A stretch of 40,364 bases of DNA from Candidatus Woesebacteria bacterium (GTDB lineage: Bacteria; Patescibacteriota; Microgenomatia; UBA8517): positions 1 to 40,364 of the forward strand of contig DAIEQM010000033.1 of the NCBI GenBank assembly GCA_027347685.1. Reading direction: 5' to 3'. The notes beneath the pieces were generated by a model. That model was not told the origin of the DNA, did not search any database, and was given only the letters and a program-made list of their open reading frames with translations. Shown here piece after piece: positions 33,201-40,364 of this stretch (position 1 is its first letter; the number at the start of each line of letters is the position of its first letter). The translations under genes and the position numbers were made by a program.

Positions 33201-33983
33201 TTAAAAGTAAGGTGTTAGGTATTGTATCAAACTGGCACCAAATAGAGCACATACCCAAAAAGAAACAATCATAAACGGGCCGAATGGTACACGGGTTTTT
33301 TTTGTAGCACGACCACTTACTAACAGTGCGACACCCACAATAGAACCAATGATAAAGCTCACAAAAATCCAAACAATGCTTACCGGAAACCCAAGTAAAA
33401 ACCCAAGCGGAAGTGCGAGTTTAACATCTCCAAGCCCCATACCCCGACCGCGTGTCGCTAAGTTTAGTATCAAAAAAAACATACTGCTTACAAAGGCCAC
33501 CAACAGCCGCTGCCACATGTTTGTATCAGATGAAAACAGAACAAAAAGGAAACTAATCAAAAATAACAGAAACACAAAGCTATCGGGGATAATCATTTCT
33601 TCCATATCGGTTACAAAAATACCAATGGAAATAAACCCCACAAAACAAAATAATACAATTCCGGCAATGCCAAGGGAAGGAAGCCATGGAAATATTTCAA
33701 AAAACATCGAATACAACAAATATACCGATACAAACGTAAGTGCTGTTGTAAATTCTATTAATGGATAGCGAGCAGAAATTTTTTTGTGACAATGGCGACA
33801 TTTCCCCTGAAGTAAGAGATACGAGAAGAGTGGAATATTGTCATACCAGGAGATGGGCTTTTTGCAGGAGTCACAAAAAGACCTGCCTTTTGCAATAGAC
33901 ACGTCGTGCATCATTCTCCAGGTAAGCGCAGACAAGAATGATCCAAACACAAGGCCTGTTACAAACAAAAATAAAACGATCAT
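33201..33983 (-). CDS. pilD: prepilin peptidase (A24 family) PilD
   Basis: CDSCKKPISWYDNIPLFSYLLLQGKCRHCHKKISARYPLIE (Cys box), polytopic, and GMGLGDVKL as the second Asp motif. Confidence 0.9.
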   Translation of the reverse strand: MIVLFLFVTGLVFGSFLSALTWRMMHDVSIAKGRSFCDSCKKPISWYDNIPLFSYLLLQGKCRHCHKKISARYPLIEFTTALTFVSVYLLYSMFFEIFPWLPSLGIAGIVLFCFVGFISIGIFVTDMEEMIIPDSFVFLLFLISFLFVLFSSDTNMWQRLLVAFVSSMFFLILNLATRGRGMGLGDVKLALPLGFLLGFPVSIVWIFVSFIIGSIVGVALLVSGRATKKTRVPFGPFMIVSFWVCALFGASLIQYLTPYF

Positions 33984-33998
33984 ACAATCACTATATCA
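33984..33998 (-). promoter_or_regulatory. extended -10 TGATATAGT 6 nt before the pilD ATG
   Basis: The minus strand reads TGATATAGTgattgtATG. No SD. Confidence 0.45.
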
Positions 33999-34002
33999 AC
34001 AC

Positions 34003-34041
34003 AACAAAACACACACCAGACTGAAGTTGCCCTGGTGTGTG
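34003..34041 (-). terminator. intrinsic terminator of the major pilin gene
   Basis: CACACACCAG, 12-nt loop, CTGGTGTGTG (10 bp perfect), then TTTTGTTG on the minus strand. Confidence 0.7.
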
Positions 34042-34049
34042 AATTTGTG

Positions 34050-34637
34050 TTAGTTAACCCACGTACCTCCGGAAAAAGCAGCGACGGGAGCGGAAGCATT
34101 ACACCAAAGACCTCCACGACCTGCGGCTGTTGCATAGACCCAATAGGCTGTTTGACCGGCTGCACACTTAGCTGTATTACGCGTAGCCTCTGCTTGCGTA
34201 AAGACAACCATGTTAGCTGCAGTGCCGTCATAACACCAACCGTTTTCGCTGACAGATGTTCCAGGACATGCTGGAGCTGCTGCGAGAGATGTATAGCCAA
34301 TTGCGGCTGGCACTGCCTTAAGTTCACCAGTTCCCACCAAACAAGTAGTGATCCATGTAGTACTCGTGTTTTGTGGAACACCAGCTACAACTCCACATGT
34401 TCCAGCTGCGGCGTCAGGATTATACGATCCACCGTTTGCTGTTGCATGGGCTTCCATAGCATGACCGAGCTGGGCTACAGTTGAGGATCGTCCTGAATCA
34501 CGAGCTGCAGCAAGTTGCTGCACAGGATTCAATGCAAGAAGTACGACCACTGCAAGTGTACCTAAGATGGCAATAACGATCAAAAGTTCAATGAGGGTAA
34601 AGCCTCGTACGTTTAGTTTCAAAAATTTCTTATTCAC
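34050..34637 (-). CDS. pilA: type IV pilin, candidate major pilin
   Basis: MNKKFLKLNVRG/FTLIELLIVIAILGTLAVVVLLAL. It has its own near-consensus promoter, a perfect SD and a terminator. The body is Ala/Gly/Thr-rich and visibly more GC-rich than its neighbours. GTG start. Confidence 0.8.
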   Translation of the reverse strand: MNKKFLKLNVRGFTLIELLIVIAILGTLAVVVLLALNPVQQLAAARDSGRSSTVAQLGHAMEAHATANGGSYNPDAAAGTCGVVAGVPQNTSTTWITTCLVGTGELKAVPAAIGYTSLAAAPACPGTSVSENGWCYDGTAANMVVFTQAEATRNTAKCAAGQTAYWVYATAAGRGGLWCNASAPVAAFSGGTWVN

Positions 34638-34644
34638 TTGATAG

Positions 34645-34701
34645 TCACCTCCTTATATATATTCACTCTTTCAGTATTTTGTTTTCTGGACCAATTGTCA
34701 A
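34645..34701 (-). promoter_or_regulatory. promoter (TTGACA, 17-nt spacer, AATACT) plus SD AGGAGGTGA
   Basis: The minus strand reads TTGACAattggtccagaaaacaaAATACT...AGGAGGTGActatcaaGTG. Confidence 0.6.
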
Positions 34702-34705
34702 GCAA

Positions 34706-35911
34706 TCAAATCGCCGTCGTGAGATTGTAAATAGGCAGCACCACGGCAACTACCAAGAATGCTACCCCAAGTCCCAAAAAGATCATAATAATTGGCTCAA
34801 TAGCTGAAGTTAAGGCTTTGACTTTTTGTTCACTTTCTACTTCAAAAACATGGGAGACTTTCATAAGAACTTCATCCATTTTTCCCGTTTCTTCACCGAC
34901 TGAAATCATCTGTGACAAAATATACGGAAAAGCTTCTGGGTGTTTTGCAAACGAAAAGGCGATAGGAAATCCTTTCTCAATTTGAGTTCCGACGTCTTTG
35001 AGGGCATCGGCAACAATTACGTTGTCGACAACATCGGTTGTTACAGAAATACCTTCAAGAATTGGAACACCGGATGCAACCATAAGTGCAAGTGTTCGGG
35101 TAAGCTCGGTTAAAATAATTTGCTTGTTTAAAGCCCCCATGATTGGAATTTTGAAAACAAAATTTGCGAATTTTCGCTTGCCGCTATACGTTTTTTTCCA
35201 GAGGGTAAAAGCCCAAAACCCAATACCAAGTGCCACCACAATCACAAACCACCAGGCAATGACAAAGTCAGAAATTGACGTCAGTATTCGAGTGGTAAGA
35301 GGAAGTGTTGCCCCAAACTGTGTATACAGGGAGGTAAGTTTCGGAATGACAAAGACAATCATAAGAATTGAAACTCCAAGCATACCCACGACGATGATTA
35401 CTGGATAAATGAGCGCACCTTTTACTTTTCCCCGAAATTCTTGTTGTCGCTCCAAGTTATCCGCCAAGCGCCCAAGTACTTTATCGAGAACTCCACCAGC
35501 CTCACCAGCTTTGATAAGTGCAATGTATGAAGGGCCGAAAACTTTTGCGTGGTTTTTTAAGGAATTTGAAAAACTTTGTCCACCTTCGACATCAGCCAAA
35601 ATTGAATTGATAATTGGCTGCATTGCAGGAGTCGACTGCAGTTGCAAAATCGTAAGCGACTCGGTCAAGGGGAGACCTGCATTTACCATTGTTGAAAGCT
35701 GTCGAGTGAAGGCAACAATATCTGCAGTTCCCACACGATTTTTGAACTGTTGGAATGTTTTTGAAAAGGTTCCAATACTTTGAGAAATACTTAAAACAAT
35801 GTAGCCTCTGTCTCGAAGAAGCTTCGATGCTACTTGTTCGTTTTGAGCCTCAACAATTCCCGTAATTAATTTTCCAGATTTATCACGTACTTTATAGCGA
35901 AAATTCTTCAT
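34706..35911 (-). CDS. pilC: type IV pilus platform protein PilC (GspF family)
   Basis: 401 aa with two T2SSF repeats and three TM segments. Confidence 0.93.
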   Translation of the reverse strand: MKNFRYKVRDKSGKLITGIVEAQNEQVASKLLRDRGYIVLSISQSIGTFSKTFQQFKNRVGTADIVAFTRQLSTMVNAGLPLTESLTILQLQSTPAMQPIINSILADVEGGQSFSNSLKNHAKVFGPSYIALIKAGEAGGVLDKVLGRLADNLERQQEFRGKVKGALIYPVIIVVGMLGVSILMIVFVIPKLTSLYTQFGATLPLTTRILTSISDFVIAWWFVIVVALGIGFWAFTLWKKTYSGKRKFANFVFKIPIMGALNKQIILTELTRTLALMVASGVPILEGISVTTDVVDNVIVADALKDVGTQIEKGFPIAFSFAKHPEAFPYILSQMISVGEETGKMDEVLMKVSHVFEVESEQKVKALTSAIEPIIMIFLGLGVAFLVVAVVLPIYNLTTAI

Positions 35912-36045
35912 ATTTTGTATTTAGAATTTCGATATACAAAACCGTGTTTTTTATGAAGTTGGGAGAAATAAATTTCTCCAGATCTTCTCAGATTCACAGA
36001 TAAAAAAGGCAGTGTGTTTTTTATCTGATAGCGGAAATTTTTCAT
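35908..36045 (-). other. 45-codon upstream ORF that is a decayed copy of the pilC 5' end, ATGA-coupled to pilC
   Basis: It reads MKNFRYQIKNTLPFLSVNLRRSGEIYFSQLHKKHGFVYRNSKYKI, against PilC MKNFRYKVRDKSGKLITG...KLLRDRGYIV. 18 of the first 20 nt are identical. It contains perfect inverted repeats at 35962-35979 and 35997-36027. Confidence 0.5.
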
Positions 36046-36063
36046 GGGCAGGGTTTAAACATA

Positions 36064-37119
36064 CTAACGCCTCAGCATTCGTGCAAGTTGCTCAGGCCTG
36101 AGGGAATAATTTTGTGCGTCTTCAAAACTAATTTTTCCGTCTGTCACGAGAGAGGCAAGTGACGCCTCTAATGTGCTCATTCCAGCCTCACTTGATGTTT
36201 GAATAATGGAGTCAATTTGGTGCGTTTTACCTTCACGAATGGCAGTCTTTATAGCAGTGGAAGCGGTCATAATTTCATATGCAACGACACGACCAGCGCC
36301 AGGAGACGGAATCAAGCGTTGCGAAAATACCGCTTCAAGAACACTTGAGAGCTGAAGCCTCACCTGATCTTGTTGTTCATGTGGGAACACGTCAACAATA
36401 CGATCAATTGTTTGTGCAGCTGAATTGGTGTGTAGTGTTGCAAATACCAAATGTCCAGTTTCTGCAATCGTCAGTGCTGCAGCAACTGTTTCGTAATCAC
36501 GCATTTCACCGATGAGCACTACATCAGGGTCTTCACGCAAAACCGAGCGAAGAGCAATATTCCAAGAGTGTGTGTCAGTACCCATTTCACGTTGTGAGAT
36601 GATTGCCTTTTGTGATCGAAAAATAAACTCAACAGGATCTTCAATCGTTACAATGTGACACGAACGATTTGCATTAATTTCATTCAAAATTGCAGCGAGC
36701 GTCGTTGATTTTCCTTGTCCTGTTGGCCCAGTTACGAGAATAAAACCTTGTTTCAGAGTCGTAAAGGTATGAGCGGTATACGGAAGACCTAACGAATCAA
36801 TGGTGGGAATAACACTCGGAATCAAACGAAATGCCGCTGCCCACGTACCGCGTTGGGTATACGCGTTTACTCGGAAGCGTGCCCGTTCACTAAAAGCCAA
36901 TGAAAAGTCGATTTCTTTGTTCACCGCAAGGCGTTCAAGTTGATCATTACTCATGATTTTTTTCAAGAAGTTTTCCATTGCTTCTTGCGTTGTTGGCGCT
37001 TCATTGGGAACTGCACCAAGTTCGCCATCTTTGCGAATAATAGGAGGAATACCTGTTACTAAATGCAGATCAGATGCTCCTTGGGCGACAGTAAGTTCGA
37101 GTAATTGTTGTATTTCCAT
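36064..37119 (-). CDS. pilT: twitching motility retraction ATPase PilT
   Basis: GASDLHLVTG, GPTGQGKSTT, TIEDPVEF, and the Asp and His boxes. ATG 37119 lies 4 nt after the pilB stop. The track start 37176 is an extension. Confidence 0.93.
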   Translation of the reverse strand: MEIQQLLELTVAQGASDLHLVTGIPPIIRKDGELGAVPNEAPTTQEAMENFLKKIMSNDQLERLAVNKEIDFSLAFSERARFRVNAYTQRGTWAAAFRLIPSVIPTIDSLGLPYTAHTFTTLKQGFILVTGPTGQGKSTTLAAILNEINANRSCHIVTIEDPVEFIFRSQKAIISQREMGTDTHSWNIALRSVLREDPDVVLIGEMRDYETVAAALTIAETGHLVFATLHTNSAAQTIDRIVDVFPHEQQDQVRLQLSSVLEAVFSQRLIPSPGAGRVVAYEIMTASTAIKTAIREGKTHQIDSIIQTSSEAGMSTLEASLASLVTDGKISFEDAQNYSLRPEQLARMLRR

Positions 37120-37123
37120 AAAA

Positions 37124-38863
37124 TTATTCTTGTGCAACACGCAATACTTCTTCAATAGTAGTAACTCCTTCAACAACCTTCAAGTAGCCATCTTGTTTCA
37201 TACTCATCATTCCTTCAATGCGCGCCTCTTTATCGATTTCTGATGCGGGAGCGCGTTCCAAAATGAGTCGTGCAATTTTTTCGGTAACGGGGAGTACTTC
37301 AAAGATAGCAACACGACCTTTATATCCAGAATTATTGTTTTCAGGAGTAGGAATACCGTGTTTTAGTTGGCCATTAAAATCTTTCGGCATCATTGCACCA
37401 AGGTTTGCCCGAATATCTGCCAAAACCGGTGGTTCTGGAACATACGGTGCAACATTTTTTTCATCTATTTTACGAAGTACCCGTTGTGCCAAAATTGCGG
37501 TAATTGAAGAGGCGAGCAGAAACGGTTCAACTCCCATATCCAGAAGTCGAGGAAGTGCACCTGCAGCGTCATTGGTGTGAAGCGTCGCGAATACCAAATG
37601 CCCAGTAAGTGATGCCTGTATTGCGAGATCGGCTGTTTCATGATCACGAATTTCTCCAACCAGAATAATATTTGGATCTTGTCGCAAAAATGATCGAAGA
37701 CCGGATGCAAAAGTAAGTCCAACACCAGGATTGATTTGTACCTGATTGACGCCTGCAATTTTATATTCGACAGGGTCTTCAAGCGTCATGATATTCACTT
37801 TTTGTGTGTTCAGTCGTTGAATAATAGAGTAGAGGGTTGTCGTCTTACCCGATCCGGTAGGTCCACAAATGATAATAATTCCATGAGGGCGAAGAATTGC
37901 ATCTTCCAAATTTTTCAGAGCGCGCCCACGCAGCCCGAGTTCGGGAAGATCGGGGATACCTCCACTTTTTTTCAAAAGACGTATAACAATCTTTTCACCC
38001 CAGGTTGTGGGAAGAGTAGAAACACGAAGGTCTACTTCTTGATCGGTATTTTTAAAATTAAATCGTCCATCTTGAGGAATACGACGTTCGTCAATCTTCA
38101 TACCTGACAAAATTTTGATACGAGAAACGAGCGCGTCGTGGAGCTCACGAGGAGTTGTCAGCTTTTCTTGCAAAATTCCGTCAATGCGATAACGCACGCG
38201 AGTAGACTTTTCCATTGGCTCAATATGAATGTCAGATGCGCGGGCCCTGACGGCAAAGTCCAAAATGTGAGTTACCACTTCACTAATACGCTCTTGTCGA
38301 ACGAGTCCTGTTTGCTTAGTCAGGTCAAGCGTTTTTACCCCGTTTTCAGGAGTTACCTCTTTAAGGGCGGCGGTTACTTCTTGGGAAAGCGTTGTGGAGT
38401 AGCGTTTTGCCGTGACTTCATCAAGAAGAGAAGGAACTGCAGCTGCCGGTTTAATATGGTATCCCGTTTTTTGTTCGAAAAACTCAATGGTTGCAAGGTC
38501 GAGAGGTTCTGCCATTGCAAGCACCAGTTGATGAGTTTTTTCATCGGACGTAATCGGAAAGACTCGGAACTTTCGCGCTTGGTCTTGAGAAATCAGAGAA
38601 AGAGCGACAGGAGAAACAGGAGTATTATTTAAATCAACAAAAGGAATATTGTAAAATCGTGCTTTGGCGGCTACCAGCTGTTCTTCAGTTACCAAATTCT
38701 GCTCTCGCAAGACATCTTCTTGGCTTTTTCCAGTCTGAATTTCGGCCAACTTTACCGCATCTGCGCGCTCTTTGGTGAGTGCACCCATGGTAATCAAGAT
38801 GTCAGTAATAGTGCCACTGGTGGGCACGGAATTAGAATTAGGGGCGGCAGGATTCGGTTGCAT
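37124..38863 (-). CDS. pilB: type IV pilus assembly ATPase PilB (GspE family)
   Basis: N-terminal T2SSE_N domain, GPTGSGKTTT, TLEDPVEY and GEIRDHETA. Confidence 0.93.
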   Translation of the reverse strand: MQPNPAAPNSNSVPTSGTITDILITMGALTKERADAVKLAEIQTGKSQEDVLREQNLVTEEQLVAAKARFYNIPFVDLNNTPVSPVALSLISQDQARKFRVFPITSDEKTHQLVLAMAEPLDLATIEFFEQKTGYHIKPAAAVPSLLDEVTAKRYSTTLSQEVTAALKEVTPENGVKTLDLTKQTGLVRQERISEVVTHILDFAVRARASDIHIEPMEKSTRVRYRIDGILQEKLTTPRELHDALVSRIKILSGMKIDERRIPQDGRFNFKNTDQEVDLRVSTLPTTWGEKIVIRLLKKSGGIPDLPELGLRGRALKNLEDAILRPHGIIIICGPTGSGKTTTLYSIIQRLNTQKVNIMTLEDPVEYKIAGVNQVQINPGVGLTFASGLRSFLRQDPNIILVGEIRDHETADLAIQASLTGHLVFATLHTNDAAGALPRLLDMGVEPFLLASSITAILAQRVLRKIDEKNVAPYVPEPPVLADIRANLGAMMPKDFNGQLKHGIPTPENNNSGYKGRVAIFEVLPVTEKIARLILERAPASEIDKEARIEGMMSMKQDGYLKVVEGVTTIEEVLRVAQE

Positions 38864-38900
38864 ACAATCTAATATTCATTATATAGTGCGAACAACACTC

Positions 38901-39443
38901 ATGCACGCATTTCTTTTAGAAAGTGTAGAAAACCCACATACTATTGACCTAATCTCTGCTGTCCCTGAACAATTTGAAACAGTTGTTTTTTATGAAATTA
39001 GTTCGATTGGAGAAGTGAGAGAATTTAAAAAATCGTGGGTCTATTCGCAACCCACCAAAACGCTGTGTGTAATTTCTCATTTAGATGATGCAAAAGAAGA
39101 GGCACAAAACGCTATCCTTAAAATGCTCGAGGAGCCACCTCATGCAAATTTAATGTTTTTGCTTCTGGTCACCAATCAGTCACGAATTATACCGACTATT
39201 CTGTCAAGAGTTACCGTCATACGATCACCAAAAACAGAGAAAACAGAGACCAAACAAACGGAAGATGTAACCATTACATTTGAGTTGGTTTCCAAAACGA
39301 CTGACCGCGATGACGCTATAAAACTGTTAGCCAATAAAAAAAGTGAGTCTGCCCTCAAAGCAATCGAAGCACTCAAAAAAAACGGGAATGTTACCCTTCA
39401 ACTCACTAATTATTTGTTATCGCAAAATAAACCTATAGGTTGA
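38901..39443 (+). CDS. short DNA polymerase III delta-prime-like clamp-loader subunit
   Basis: AQNAILKMLEEPP and IIPTILSRV match delta-prime motifs. It is 180 aa with no P-loop and most of domain III missing. ATG 38901 is preferred; the track start 38772 overlaps pilB. Confidence 0.6.
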   Translation: MHAFLLESVENPHTIDLISAVPEQFETVVFYEISSIGEVREFKKSWVYSQPTKTLCVISHLDDAKEEAQNAILKMLEEPPHANLMFLLLVTNQSRIIPTILSRVTVIRSPKTEKTETKQTEDVTITFELVSKTTDRDDAIKLLANKKSESALKAIEALKKNGNVTLQLTNYLLSQNKPIG

Positions 39444-39468
39444 TTTAACATCTTTTTTATGATAGAAT
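39440..39468 (+). promoter_or_regulatory. promoter: TTGATT, 17-nt spacer, TAGAAT with TGn extension
   Basis: ttgatttaacatcttttttaTGaTAGAAT. Confidence 0.55.
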
Positions 39469-39505
39469 TTCGTGTTCGATTGATCACTGATATAGGGAGA
39501 CAAAA

Positions 39506-39922
39506 ATGGCCGATATGTACCGACCCGAGTGGAATCCTACCCATTGTGCTCAAATTGAAGCATATCTGAGTGGAATGCTCAGACAAATTTCTGGGGTCTC
39601 CGACTTAAAATCAGGAAGCGTGGCAGCTTACCGAAACTACAAAGTGAGTTTTCTGTTCGACAATCAAATGTGCAACATTCACTTCGTACCGGACGGCGAT
39701 GGTCTTTTGCATAAAGGAATTCTTCCTCATTCACATTTTATAGAAGTGTGGATGACGCACTTGAACGAGGCGGTTCCGCCCGAGCTTTACCAAGCATTGT
39801 GCGATACCTTTCCGCAAGCCGCACATGGGGTGAAAATTGATGAGGCCGGTGTCGCTGCGATAGACCGTGGGTGCTACTGGGAGGTAGTGACTGAAGACGA
39901 CCTTGCCACGGCCGCCGCATAG
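39506..39922 (+). CDS. hypothetical 138-aa protein
   Basis: Track ORF with GGGAGA 7 nt upstream and its own promoter and terminator. The 3' half is GC-rich. Confidence 0.6.
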   Translation: MADMYRPEWNPTHCAQIEAYLSGMLRQISGVSDLKSGSVAAYRNYKVSFLFDNQMCNIHFVPDGDGLLHKGILPHSHFIEVWMTHLNEAVPPELYQALCDTFPQAAHGVKIDEAGVAAIDRGCYWEVVTEDDLATAAA

Positions 39923-39941
39923 GTTATTGCCAATTTAGGTC

Positions 39942-39971
39942 ATATGCCAGTTTCTTAGCTGGCATATTTTT
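39942..39971 (+). terminator. intrinsic terminator
   Basis: ATATGCCAG, 8-nt loop, CTGGCATAT, then TTTT. Confidence 0.7.
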
Positions 39972-40029
39972 GTGCCACACTGCTTGCTCTTCACTCCTCC
40001 ACACGCTACAATGAGTCTCACGCTTTTTT

Positions 40030-40364
40030 ATGGCAGACAACACGTATACAGCTTCTGATATTCAAGTCCTCGAAGGACTCGAACCTGTTCGAAAACGCCC
40101 TGGAATGTACATCGGTTCAACCGATATTCGTGGACTTCATGAGTGTTTGCGAGAAATTATCGATAACTCTGTTGACGAAAGTTTTGCAGGCACGGCAACA
40201 GAAGTATGGGTGAGGATTGAAAAAGATGGACTCGCTACAGTACGTGACAACGGACGTGGAATCCCAGTCGACAAGCACGTCTCTGGAGTATCTGCACTTG
40301 AGCTTGCAATGACAAAGCTGCATGCAGGAGGAAAGTTCGGTGGCGGTGCATACAAAATTTCAGG
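40030..40364 (+). CDS. gyrB: DNA gyrase subunit B, N-terminal fragment (runs off the right edge)
   Basis: Absent from the track because it has no stop in the window. It reads [50 protein letters not shown]...[10 protein letters not shown]...[22 protein letters not shown] lies at about 40008-40013. Confidence 0.93.
   Translation, partial: MADNTYTASDIQVLEGLEPVRKRPGMYIGSTDIRGLHECLREIIDNSVDESFAGTATEVWVRIEKDGLATVRDNGRGIPVDKHVSGVSALELAMTKLHAGGKFGGGAYKIS

Noticed and set aside
9140-38632. Many ORFs of 60-170 aa antisense to, or out of frame within, long conserved genes. Examples: 9440-9952, 9558-10010, 23560-23886, 23843-24277, 32068-32778, 32651-33118, 33349-33768, 33980-34381, 34035-34484, 34998-35408, 35409-35783, 37218-37580, 37736-38107 and 38138-38632.
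   Set aside because: They are shadow ORFs inside genes with clear family signatures. They have low-complexity or Cys/Arg/Ser-heavy junk composition and no start signals.
1-40364. An alternative genetic code (UGA recoded, as in some CPR-related lineages) as the explanation for the missing long ORF at 1-1045.
   Set aside because: The polymerase ORF is simply open at the window edge. TGA cleanly ends conserved genes at their expected lengths (rpmI, recG, the holin-like gene and the transporter).

Overview
This 40.4 kb window looks like it comes from a small-genome, moderately AT-rich bacterium. The domain-trimmed housekeeping proteins, many small orphan genes and a secretin-less type IV pilus locus suggest Candidate Phyla Radiation / Patescibacteria, but that is inference only. 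The standard genetic code applies, because TGA terminates conserved genes.

The left two thirds (1-26.7 kb) are mainly housekeeping genes. In order they are: a Y-family polymerase open at the left edge with a coupled 96-aa partner, an Nramp-like transporter, an alpha/beta hydrolase, tig, tRNA-Val, an MFS pump, tRNA-Ala, a T-box leader with thrS-infC-rpmI-rplT, pheST, a class A PBP, tyrS, recG, rpmF, nusB-rnc and rpsP-KH. Small orphan genes are scattered among them, each with its own promoter, strong SD and terminator.

The right third (26.8-38.9 kb, minus strand) is a complete type IV pilus locus. Its order is pilB-pilT-pilC, a self-contained major pilin cassette, pilD, a degenerate pilin-like gene, two paralogous pilins, three minor pilins, a PilX-like gene, then pilM-pilN and a PilO-like gene. 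A short holB-like gene, one orphan and the 5' end of gyrB follow (open at the right edge).

The ORF track misses two edge genes (the Y-family polymerase and gyrB), rpmF and several ORFs under 60 aa. I found them by hand translation.

The most unusual signals are a family of short local duplications at gene boundaries in the pilus locus:
- a 26-bp tandem hairpin array seeded from the end of the PilX-like gene;
- a decayed copy of the pilC 5' end that forms a coupled upstream ORF;
- duplicated cleavage-site motifs inside pilin leader peptides.

Other notable signals are a recurrent -10 box placed 5-8 nt before ATG (apparent leaderless mRNAs), a canonical T-box antiterminator in front of thrS, and a pair of convergent Cys-rich micro-genes next to the transporter. 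I saw no rRNA, CRISPR array, transposase or integrase.
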